Assembly: GCA_002633005.1 (NCBI GenBank)
Contig: NMRA01000174.1
Location: forward strand, 265,754-329,753
Source of the DNA: Phoronis australis
Taxonomy: Eukaryota > Animalia > Phoronida
Direction: 5' to 3'
DNA: 64,000 nucleotides
Position numbers and translations under genes: made by a program. The notes below the pieces were generated by a model that was not told where the DNA came from, made no database searches, and saw only the letters and a program-made list of their open reading frames with translations. The first letter of the stretch is position 1, and every line of letters starts with the position of its first letter. Shown one piece after another: positions 25,501 to 36,700 of the stretch.

Positions 25501-28500
25501 AAATGCTTTGGTTGCATCTCTGAATTTTTAATTTTAGACTTAAGGCTACTATGAGCCCACCTCATGTCAAAAGTCAACTTATGAGCAAGATTATTTACTG
25601 TTGTAAAACTTGTCTCACCCATTAAATCAACATGTTCCTTGCTGGGCTTTGAAAAAAACGACACCTGGCATGCGTTCAGTAGACGCTAGGACCTACGCTA
25701 GGACCTAGCTAAAACCTAGTCAAAGTCACGTGTTCTCATTTAAAATACACGGCAATATCTCATGTAATCTTGCAAAGTCTTGCTTTTTAGAGAGGTCCTA
25801 GCGCTACTGAACGAGAGGCTGGTTTGTGGTTGAGATGAGGCTGAGTATAAGTTATGTTGGCCTGGCAGATCATTTTATGTGTGGAGCGTAGCCTCATGCA
25901 TTACATCTAGACTATGTAACAAACTAAGACCATTCTAAAGCAGTACATAGTCTTATGCTGTGAATGGTCGATGTTTTTAGTCGCACCTATTGAAGTCTAT
26001 CCTGATGCCTGACACTATCAGGCCATTTTTATTGGATGGTGCATCAACTGGTGATTTTTATTACCTACACTTGACAACTGCTCCCGATATTTGCCCAACT
26101 TTAGTCTGATATGACCATTTGTCCCCCACAAACTCATCGGATCAGCATTGAAGGCTTTTATATGACGTAGACATAAAGCATAAGTTTTTTGATAAAGGTG
26201 GGTTTGTAGCAGATTTAAATAATAAGTCTGAAATGTTTTAGTTGATGTTACTTGATTGGTCATCATTTAGCTAATGCTGTTTTAAACTAACTCGTTTTAG
26301 TTAGATATGCCTAACTTGTGTGTTTTTCAATCAAATAAATATTGCATGCTGTGACACTAGTGCTGATACTTTCTATTTTGTTTGCTGAGTCTTCTGCACA
26401 ATTTTGGCAAGATCTGCGAAGCACTTCACCCTGAGAGCACTTCACACTGCGGCGGCTTGCAATCTTTGAATTCTCACGAAAAACGCTGTCTACTTAAACC
26501 AGAGTACTACGAGTTCAAAAGCCTCAAAGGCTATCACATTCTCATTATGTATATTTGTCATGTGACCTATCGTCATGTGCCAAACCTATGGTACTTTCAA
26601 AACTGAAAATTTGAAAATTCTTTAAAGCTGCTATATGCCCACTACGTTCCTTCAAATTGCTGCTATGAAGCTAGCTTGAACTTGTTCCTTGCTCATATAA
26701 CAGTGGTTTCTACGCTGGGGAAACAACTGATATTTTTTATTGCTTGAGACCACGCTCAGCGCTTAAAATGACTGGCCAGATGCTAGTGAGCCGTCATTTT
26801 TTCCAAGCCCTGAAATCACTTATGATCAGTGTGAGGAAAATGTCCATGCTAATTTCATAACTGAATGTTACCTAAATAAAGGTTATTTTGACTGAAGGCA
26901 GGTTTATAGACGTTTTTATTATGTGAATTTGAGCCGTGTACCATTTTATTCTATCATTGTGATTTATATGAAGCTGTAGCAGACTCCTCCCCATAATGCA
27001 AGGATGCTTTCAGTAGTGTCAAATGTTTCAGTTCTTGAGCCATGGTAATCATGAAGTTTTTCCTATTTGTAGTTGACTAGTTTTTAATTACAATTTTGAT
27101 TAGATACCCTAAACAAAGGGTAGCTTAATTACAGAGCTCTTGCTTAGAATGCTAGATGGTTACTGTGCGATTCGCATGTTATGCTGTACTCATAGCCATG
27201 GGAAACTATTTTGCAACTTCCTATTACAACTTTTACAGCACAGCGGTACACCTTTTCTGCTCATTTGTGTATTGTTTCTTGTAAAATTACTTCAGACATT
27301 TTATACACTTCTAAACAAAATGAAGGCATATTTTTGCTCTCTGCATTTAGGCATGCTTTAGCCACAGGCTCTTGAATCTATCTGTTCTCGGTATCCGCCA
27401 CTGGCATGAACACTGTGTAATACTATCTTACAAGTTATTAGGAGATTTGTGTGCATGTAGTTTCAGCCTACTTGTTGTAACATCTTTGTCAAATGTAGCT
27501 GATGTTTTAGGTATTGTTTTATAGCGTACCTCGTAGTTCTGAAACTCAACCTTTTGAAAAGTAAGTGCCAAGCTTCTTCCCTATTTCTAGCACAATGTTA
27601 CCCCATGAGTGCTACGTGGAATACATCGGCAGTATTGCACGAAAATTTTAAGTTGTGAAAAGTGAGAACTTACTGGGCTAGTAGATGTGACTTTTACAAA
27701 TTATAAAATCTACTTTGTGTTCTTGCTATTCGTACCTAAATATCACCAATATGGATTTTTTCCTTATTGTATGACCAGGGGTCTATTTCACAAAAATTGA
27801 CTTAAAACTTAAGACAGAAATTTGGTCTTGCGGTTTCACTTCGCAATTGCTGAATATAGATTTAAGCCAAGTATGGTAAAAATTCTCCAATTTGGGACAG
27901 TATAGATAATTGTTTTGCTCAAGGTCATAACTTGTCCCAAATTTGGGAAATTGGCAATATTGGATGTCCCAAATTTAAGAGTCACTGGAAAAATTACCCA
28001 CTCTGTAGATTGAAAACAAATTGTCCGAAATTTGAGGAATATAATGGTGAAAGCCAAGATCATCCTTGTCCCAAATTCCAGTATAAAGAAAATTTAGAAT
28101 TTTCATGTCCCAAATTCTAGAGACTGTCCTAAATTGGAAAATGGTTTTATTTTTGAGAGGCTTGTTATGCATGCAAGATATTGTTGATTTCATTATTCAA
28201 AGACTTGTTACGCATTATAAATATGTTGTTCTTACCAACTACGATGCATTGCACATGCATTGGCCTTGTTACGGATAGCAAAAATTGAAGTGCACGCTTC
28301 TCAGAGCATAAATTTGTCGGATACAGTTCCTCAAATCCAGAATCCTGAAATTGTTACACAGACGCTTTTCTCCTCGGTAGCTTGGTATCTGTCGCGTAGA
28401 TGCTACGGTAAAATCACTTATTTAGAACACAATGCGACAGAAAGGTAATATTTTTTTATTTTTGTCTATAAAAGGTACGTAGCACGTAATTAATCCGTTG

Positions 28501-29272
28501 CCATGTAAGCTCTGTGCAACAGCTACCACTAAGTGAAATCATTCATCCTCTTGATGTGTTGTTATAAAGTAGGATCATTTGGTCTTCCATATCTTTACTG
28601 TGTCATACATACAGTAAAATCTCACCAATTGATGGCGCTATATGGCAATCGAGGGAAACTTGTACGTAGCAGCAAAGTAATGCTTTGCTCTTTCCAAGTT
28701 TTGTACCATAGCTACCATCACTTCATTAATAGCTATGACAGAAATGCTTGAAAAGTGATCTAAAGGCAGTTCTGGCACTTATTTTTGTCTGAATTTGGTT
28801 AGGTTTTACAGTGCTCATCTGCTTTTCCTAGTGTTTGGTAAATTTTTTTAGTCATGAGCTACCCATTGGAATCGAGAAGCTGGTTGTTCACTAATTAGTC
28901 TCAAGGTCATGTAGGTGAACACTCGTCTGTTGATTACCTCGCCTCCATTGGTATCACATTTGTGAATAATTATCCTATTACTATTATACAAGTGTAATGA
29001 AACTTGTATGATATGAATCAGTAATAATGTACTTCAAATCCTACTTTTGTGTTGTATTTTATAGCTTTGCTATGGAGGACCCTACAAACCCGCTTAGTTT
29101 ATTACCTTCGAAAAAAAATAAATATGGACCAAAACATCGATCGAAGACTTTGGATCTGCTAAATCCAGCAACCTCACCGGAGCTTCAAATAAGGTCGCCA
29201 CGGAATTCTAAGAGGCTGGTGTACTCACATCAACGCATGGAAGAGAAAGATACTGAGTTATTTGAATTATGA
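22391..29272 (+). CDS. LYSMD2: LysM domain-containing protein, LYSMD1/2-like; join(22391-22555,23909-24276,29065-29272), 246 aa
   Basis: LysM motif HTVQKGDTVQGIALAYGVS|VEQIKRINKLWTNESLCLRDILQIP split by a phase-0 GT-AG intron; conserved-type C-terminus EKDTELFEL; phases consistent; no TM segment (unlike LYSMD3/4). Probably co-orthologous to LYSMD1 and LYSMD2. Confidence 0.88.
22769..23338. mobile_element. ~570-bp foldback/palindromic non-autonomous element in LYSMD intron 1
   Basis: AGACAGTGACCACCGTCTCTA / TAGAGACGATGGTCACTGTCT ends; ~200-bp inner arms from AAGCTTTTCGGC (22837) to GCCGAAAAGCTT (23290). Confidence 0.85.
23345..23748. mobile_element. MITE with ACTGATGCCTG(T/C)GCCAAACTGATTTGG termini
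   Basis: The right end CCAAATCAGTTTGGCGCAGGCATCAGT is the reverse complement of the left end; GCCAAAC sub-repeats. Confidence 0.75.
23449..23661. mobile_element. Nested Tc1/mariner-type MITE (TA flanks)
   Basis: TA-CCGTGTAAGTTTCCAAATTACTACCAGTGGTTT ... AAACCACTAGCAGTAATTTGGGAACTTACGG-TA. Confidence 0.7.
23909..24276 (+). CDS. LYSMD2: LYSMD1/2-like exon 2
   Basis: Polypyrimidine-TAG acceptor, VEQIKRINKLW...KMMCNT, GTGAGT donor. Confidence 0.9.
25673..25813. mobile_element. Small MITE-like inverted repeat element
   Basis: CGTTCAGTAGACGCTAGGACCT ... AGGTCCTAGCGCTACTGAACG. Confidence 0.6.
27778..28140. mobile_element. MITE fragment related to 35711-35997, with TGTCCCAAATT sub-repeats
   Basis: The first ~50 bp match the 35711 terminal repeat (GGGTCT.TTTCA..AAA.TGACTTAA.ACT.AAGACAGAAATTTGGTCTT). 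Confidence 0.6.
29065..29272 (+). CDS. LYSMD2: LYSMD1/2-like exon 3 (terminal)
   Basis: TTTTATAG acceptor, phase 2 fits, FAMEDP...DTELFEL stop. Confidence 0.85.
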
Positions 29273-30054
29273 TAATGATTCCGTTCTTATGAGTAGGTGT
29301 TGGAATATCGGTTTTATGAATGGGTGCTTACAATGCAGGGTATGGAACAATGCTGATTTTGGTGGATGATTCCTCAGCCATTTTATTAGAAAACTGTGAT
29401 ATTTGAAGACCTTGAAAAAATGAAAAAACGGCAGTTTTGGCTATTTTTTTGTACAAAATTTGTGAGATTTTACATAGCCGTGTCATCCACCAAGGCATGC
29501 CTTTTGGATCTGTCAGAATTGCCTATTCTCTGGACATTGAGTGACACAGTGTCCCGTCAGCGTAGATCAGCCAATGTTAAATGATTTTGGCAACTATAAG
29601 ATTTAGACAACTAATTTGTTAAAGGGAACTGATTACTTTATAGAAATCATGAAATTTGTTCAAGATTAAATGTGTGGGTATTATCAAGTGTTGAATTACA
29701 CTCAAGTAGATATTCATATTAGGAGAGGACTATCTGTTAATCAAATGGCCGTCACTAAACTTTCCCGAAGTTTGATCTTTACGTTGAGGGTATTATTTTT
29801 TTCTTCATTCTCACCAGCATATTTGCTGCACTGATGGAAGTACACGTATCATGAACATTTAGTCAGTGCTTAGGGATTGAATGGTGTTGCATATTCATTT
29901 CTAGATTGTATGAGTTGTCTAGGCAAATATTTGTGCATTGGTTCTTGTTTTTGTTCTGACATTTAATTTATTCTGGAGAATAGGTTCGTCATTGGTCTCT
30001 AGAGACATTGTAGATGTAAAAAGTCACTTACTTATAGACGTGGTTGGTTGTTAG

Positions 30055-30092
30055 CAGACGTTTCGACCTGGTCTGCCAGGTCTTTGTCAATG
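30055..30092 (-). ncRNA. Minimal type I hammerhead ribozyme-like motif (U3-A8 variant)
   Basis: Minus strand reads CA-TTGACAA-A-GACCTGG-CAGA-CCAGGTC-GAAA-C-GTC-TG: variant core, perfect 7-bp stem II, palindromic ACGT stem III, GUC triplet. Confidence 0.65.
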
Positions 30093-30209
30093 AATGAGGA
30101 TTTCCCGCCTTTTGCTCGTTAAGAATTCCCCCCTCCCCATGTACTCCAGCATTCTTAACGAGCGAAAGGCGGGAAATCCCTCATTCATCGACAAGACCTG
30201 GCAGACCTG

Positions 30210-30610
30210 GGCCCGGTCTCTAATCTTTGTACTCGAAACGAACTCAAAACTATTTTTGTCAATTTCTCTGCTCCTTTTGTGCGAACTTAAGATAATTGGT
30301 TATCAGACTGTGCTCGAATACATTATAGTTTATGCATAGGAGTTTCTAGTTCAAGTTTGCCCTTGAAGACCCTTATATTCGTGCTACAAACTCGAGTAAA
30401 AACTCAAAATTTCGAGTTCAAATTCGAACTTATTGCTTTAATATTGGGTTTACAAACTGTGAACTAAGGGCAATAAATTATCTATGTAAGTTATTGTGTA
30501 CTCGAGCACAGAATAATAGACACTTTTCTTGAGTTCGCCCAAAAGTAGAGTAGAAAATGCCAAACCTTATTTCGAGTTCCATTTCGAGTAAAAAGATTGG
30601 AGACCGGGCC
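30210..30610. mobile_element. PIF/Harbinger-like MITE with CWG flanks
   Basis: TIR GGCCCGGTCTCTAATCTTTGTACTCGAAA / TTTCGAGTAAAAAGATTGGAGACCGGGCC; CTG on the left, CAG on the right. Confidence 0.85.
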
Positions 30611-33095
30611 CAGATCAACAGAAACGTCTGCTAACAACCAACCACGTATCTAAGTAAGTGACTTTTTACATCTACAATTTAATTTATTGTTTGTTTGTAA
30701 GACATTGACTGTCTTGCGGTCTGCCATGGCATTGTCTGTTGTTTTTGATCTGTTAGTGCATGCAGGGTGGTTATTTGTGACTAATTTTGAGAATTTTTGT
30801 GCTGGGGTGTAATATCATTTGAAGAAAATTATCCATTACAAACCAGTCAGCAGTACCATGTACTTTGTCAATAGATAAGTAGAAGAACCGCAAACACCAA
30901 CAGACCACAATATCAAGAATGCTGATTTAAGATCCTGTGTGGTACAGAGCAATTATCACAACAGCAATGACATCAATAATGACTTTTTGAAGCGTGGCAC
31001 ATAATTGGTGTTTGTGGGTGTGATGGTGGGCAAAATATTGACTGGAACGTTTAATGATAGACCAGATATGTGCACTGCTCTCGTCTGGCCTGCTCCCTAA
31101 AGGAGAGATGTGTGTAATGAATTCACCGGGTTGTATTCAGAATTTTTATCATGTTTGACGCAACCTCTGTAGAATTATACAATTCAGTTGCACTGTACAA
31201 TGATAACAAGTGGTAATTATGACTGCTCACTGATATTCAGTAGGAGACTTTCAAGTAGCAATATGGTGACTGATCATGTGGGTCCGGAAATTACCATAAA
31301 ATCTTGGCAATTTAGGACTTAATTTAGCAGGCTAGTGAAATTTTATTTTCTCATCTTTTTAAAAGATCAGTGCTTTCAAATCAATGCTTTACTATTTTCA
31401 AGTGATGCACCATAGGTACTATCAAACAATTTTTGGTAATTCCCAACTATAAGAAGCTGTTAAATAATGAAATTGGACAATTTTAACAATTATTTGCATA
31501 CAAAATTGGTGAGATTTTGCCATGATAGTGGCGTCTGCAAGATGAAGCAATTTTACTTCTGTTTAAAACACATCACGTCTACTCAGGTGTACTTTAAGAG
31601 TCTTACCTAGGTCACCTCCTGGTGCAGCCAGGTGGCGATTAGAGTCGCAAGTCCCACGTGATTAGTCTCCATTGCTTTCTAAAAGCCTTTTGTTTGAGTA
31701 TGATTTGGTATCGATATTTTCTTATTGATAGGTTATTTTAACAGTATTTTTTCAATACTTGCAGTATTGCGCACGTGAAAGCAAATATAATGAAAATTCG
31801 AAAATAATGCAAATTAGGGCCAATTGAAAATGATTACCATTACAAGCTTAAAAAGACGCAGGCCTTCACTTTGTCCAGCTTCTCCTCGATTCCTCACCAA
31901 AAGTGTGCAAAAATGTACATTTTTATAGATGGGGATGTACATAAACTGTGTGTATGTCAGATAGTATGAAAGTACCTGGATGTTCCTGTTGACTGGTAGT
32001 GGTATTAAGTATGTTGGTTGTTTTGTCGTATTTTTAACGACGCGAAAGTGCAATCAATAATGCTGGATTTTGTCACCATTCTTTACATCAAAAATGAACA
32101 ATAGCAGCAAGCCTTGAACCCCTCCTTCCCTAAAACCATAAATTTTGCGTATGCTTATTTAGGGCCTCACACCTTTCCGCAGGCTCAACAAAAACTAAAT
32201 GAAAAAGCTGCCGTGCATTTTGGTTTTGATCCCTCTAATGACATTTGGATGCATTAGTGGTTTGGCATACTTCTGCAACAGTTCTTTCCAACTTGCCTGT
32301 CCAGGGTAGACCGTCTTCCCCTGTCATGACCCACACGGGCATTCTCACTAAAAGCATATTTTTTCATTATGCCAATTATTTTCTTACAAGCTGTTATTAT
32401 ATACTCAGTTATTTTCTCATCAACCACATACCTTTTTACAACTAAAAAGGCACAATTTGCATGTGATTGGCCCTGCAATAAGTCTGTCCACTACAACTGG
32501 GAAAAGAATTTAATTTGTAAGCAGTCAATGGAATACCGCCACGAGAAAAGATTTGCAGCTTGTGAGAAAAGAGGTAGAATAGAATTAAAAAATGCTGTTG
32601 ATGAATACGCCCTTGCAGTCCAAGGGAGGAAAATTGTCTTCCATGCTAAGTACTTTCACTTAGCTTTCGGAGATTTCAAAACAAGACATGGCACGTAAAC
32701 GCTATGATGCCTCTCGCCGATGTACCATGGGACGACTGGTCAGTGTTCTGAAACTGGATGTTGGATTGCTGAAATTGCTAAAAACCGATAAGAAAACCAG
32801 TATCTTAACTACCGATATGCAATGGTGTTTGAATACCAGTGTGCAACCATTGTGGCATTACCTCTTTGTGCAAGACTGGTCATTGGCAAGTCTATTCAAT
32901 TTTGACATCTAACTCATCAAAGGATTGCAATTTTGAGGTTGTATTTATAAAATTCCAAGAATTGTTAGTGGGTGAGGTTCATTTTAGGTACTTAGATTTT
33001 TCCCGAAGCTGTGACTGGATGATGCACTTGGCGAGTGATGTTCACCCATGATTTTGCCACCTGACCTGTCATTTCAGTTAAGGTAAATACTTACT

Positions 33096-33128
33096 AATAA
33101 AACTACTATATCGTAATTGTTCTTTATT
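33096..33128. terminator. Opposed poly(A) signals: AATAAA (+) 33096-33101 and AATAAA (-) 33123-33128
   Basis: Both hexamers lie between the convergent LYSMD and USP8 stops; the minus one is ~550 nt past the USP8 stop. Confidence 0.55.
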
Positions 33129-33674
33129 TAATCATTTCATCGGCAACATTTGCCTGTGTGTATAGATACTTGAGTTAATAATAATGCGCACTCAACATCA
33201 TAGCAGACACTCGGACATTCATGCAACATGGAGAATCAAACGTGATTTAAATTAACTTCTCGATTATTGCACAAAATACATTTAGCAATGGAAGTAACTG
33301 GTCACAATTCAAAATATACTTTCCAACAGAAGACCTGAAAATGAAAATAAATGCTAAATGGGGAATATAATACGGCTGAACTTCAGTTGATAAAATATTA
33401 GACCTATCGCAGGCTGCTTATAATGGAGAGGTCAAGGTTCACTTTGAAGGTTAACAGCTTGACCATCCATATTTGGTAAGAAGGCGGAACCTTGATAACG
33501 AGACTAACAGATGACTGTTTCTACACATAGCTTTCACAATTATAACAGTTGTGGTACAATAACAGATTCACAACATAAAATATGTCGTCATGTTCATTGC
33601 CACAAAGATTTCTTTTCATCTATGTGGGTACCATATACAACTGGTAAATACGCAATCATCTTCAAGCAGATGTG

Positions 33675-33743
33675 TCACGTCCCATACTTGAGGACATTAG
33701 AGAGCTCACTGTAGAACAGCAGATATGCTTGTGATTGGGAATT
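33675..33743 (-). CDS. USP8: USP8 coding exon 24 (terminal)
   Basis: [22 protein letters not shown] stop. Confidence 0.9.
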   Translation of the reverse strand, partial: NSQSQAYLLFYSELSNVLKYGT

Positions 33744-36700
33744 CTGAAAAACAAGACTTGTGTGTTGTCAAGCAATCATATCTGGTGTAACTAAGAAGTT
33801 GTAATGGGACAATTTTTAAAAGAAAAATGACTCCTAACCGTCATGTGTTTACTAAATCAAAACCGTGGAAAACCTACCACATCCGTTTCTACACTAAGGA
33901 AAACATAAAATTCTAAAGCATTAAGCATGAATAGATCTAGCAACAATGTATGGAAAAATAATTTTCTGAAATTTTCAATTGGGTGTTAAAAGTTTGGTTT
34001 CAATGGATTGAGAAATTGTTCATGCTTATGCACTGCAAGAGTGTAACTATAACAGTATTTTAACCTGCTCTAGATTAATCCAATGCCACGAAAAACGTCA
34101 CCAGAACACAATTTATAGTACCAAAGTATGACAAAAAAGTATTCAAAACTTACTTTGATGTCTGAAATCGACGTGGAGTAAACGTCGGAGTCATCAAAGT
34201 TGTACCACTTGTTATTCTTCGGGTTACGACAAATGGCCGTATCTAAAATAAGGGACACGTGTTTCACTAAACAATGTTAAGTTTGTACTGGTCACTGGTA
34301 AGCAACTAAAGAGTTTAACTTCAGGTGTATTTTCTTTAAGGAAGAGCATGTGTAGAACTTAAGTTTGAACTTAATATCAATCTACCATTGATTAGGTCAC
34401 ATGACTATGTATAAAGTAAAATTTAATAAAAATGAAAGATAAATTCCTGGCAAAGTAATGGCATCATTACGTCATCTTGTACTTCATCAAAAGATTTATA
34501 CAAGAACCGCTGGTGCCAGAAACAATGTAATTGGACTTGTTTTGTTGACCAGTATTTCAATCGGGATGGACGTGTTCACCTCATATGGTAGATAGTTTGC
34601 ATGCGAGTCGTGACGTGGGACTAAAAACTGTGTGTATGCTTAACAGTGGACTAGTCGATACTTAATTTGGAAACTATTGTGTCATCTAGAGTTGAAACTA
34701 CTAAACAAGAGATATTTGTAACGTCAGTAACATGACCAAGTTTTCTTTAAATATTCGAGATAAAATCTCAAAAACAGTGCTCCATTTTTCTAAGTTGTCT
34801 CGTTTTTGTTTTATAAAAGTTTTTGATATCTTCTGATGAAAGAGTAAAAATTTTACAAGTAGTTGCATAAATCAGAAAAAGATATCTGAAATATAATTTG
34901 AACAAACAATTTCTAAGAAATATTCCAAAGATAGCTAAATATTGACAGTCATTTTCCCCGATTACCGTTAAACCTTAAAGAGGAACATGAGCTATTAAAA
35001 TTACCACAACGTCACTAAAAGCCATTTACATTTGCTCATATAATACTACAACTGCTCATTCAATTATTCAGTAAAATTCGCACAGGTCGAGCACATGAAA
35101 GTTTAATTTGAAATTCGGCAATAGCATTTGTTCAAGTCTGTGTACTCAGACTTCAGATAGGTCGAATTTTGTCTTGCTCAAAAAATCTCATCGGGTCGGA
35201 TATGACATACACAAATCATTACAGAGCCTTTTAACCTCTTATCAACCGTCGGGGTAGTTATGGTGTACGTATGCTCCAATTCAGAGGCTCAAGCAAAGAT
35301 AACATCAGATGATAAATACCCTCTGATGATCAGAAAACAATGGCCCGGAGGATACAACCAGCTCTAACAAGACTGCTAATATATGAATATGTCTATCTCA
35401 ATATGGCGTGGAAAATACGTTGCAAACATTTTGTCCCGTCAGCACGCCATCTTTTGGCCACATCACATGACCAAATGAATATCAGTATGAAAAGATCTCT
35501 GCCCCCGACCAGTACTCGAACCCAGGACCATCTGCAAGCCATGCAGACGCTCTAGCCACGGAGCCATTGGGACCACTGGTCAAACACAAAAATCCAATCG
35601 GACTTAGTAGTGGGCACCTTACCCTCGATCTCCAGTTAGTGATGTGGCCAAAAAATGGCGTGCTGACAGGACAAACTTCAGTGTGCAAGACTGTTAATAG
35701 ATTGCTTCATGGGTCTGTTTCATGAAAGTGACTTAAGACTAAAGACAGAAATTTGGTCTTACACTCAACACAACTATTTCAGAAAATAATTAAATCTCAC
35801 ATAAGCAAAAGAGCAAAGACTGAAAATATACACATAACTGCTAATTCCCGTCAGAGATAATTTCTGTAAATTATTATCACTGTTATGATCCGGTAATTAT
35901 TTTGCTAATAAAACTTTTCCTCAGCAATTCCGAAGTGTAAGAGGAGAATAAGACCAAATTTCTATCTAAGTTTTAAGTCACTTTCATGAAGCACACATTT
36001 ACAGCTCACAGTAACCTATCCTGAACGCGAAGGTTCTGTAGATTGTAATGAGGTTTGGTGGCACAGACTAAGTCAAACATTAAGGCTGAAACAACTTAAA
36101 CATTTCAATGACTTACAGTGTCCATGCTCCATACTTTGGCCTTTGTGCAACTGAAACAGAATGGAATTACGGGTGAAATAACAGTCATGGCCACAAGGAA
36201 AACTTCCGTTTAGCCATAATTAGTTCAACTCAATTCACCACTACAACTAATCAAGTGAGTGAGGGTCAATCTCTCGGTTGGCCACAGAAATGCTCAACGA
36301 CCTCCATGCACTCCAACGTGTAATCCTGTGAAACTAAGAATGCTAATGTGAAAATTGTGTAGTATTTAAAGGGGGGTGCTACTAATGACTGTAATCAATG
36401 AAGACGATATCAGCGAGAACAAAGGAATAAGGCTTAATCAGGTTAAGCATTTACTGATAGCCAGTCATCTAGGGTTTGAAATAAGTTGAAGGTATTCACA
36501 AAACCAAAGAGGCTATAAGGAACTATGACAGCAGTCTGGATCATTTAACCCACAGACGTGATCATAAACCTTATACTAAATACCTGAGGAGTCTTTTGAG
36601 TGCCTTATCAGCAATTCTATCAGTCTAAACGCAGTACAGAACCACATCATAGAAAAAAAAAACACGGCAACAAAATGCAATGTCGTGTCAGAGCTTCCAA

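Larger units (their letters stand above)
29973..30676 (-). mobile_element. Penelope-like element remnant: inverted pLTR pair plus 34-nt tail, interrupted by a MITE
   Basis: Arm 30007-30126 inverted against 30151-30209 plus 30611-30678; direct repeat ATTTAATTTATT at 29961-29972 and 30677-30688; contains a minimal hammerhead motif. Confidence 0.75.

Noticed and set aside
32245-32912. Short ORFs (including MARKRYDA...) that might be transposase remnants
   Set aside because: No catalytic motif or terminal repeats that I can identify.
35318-35345. CTGATGA...GAAA hammerhead-like string
   Set aside because: No stem II and no stem III or cleavage triplet.
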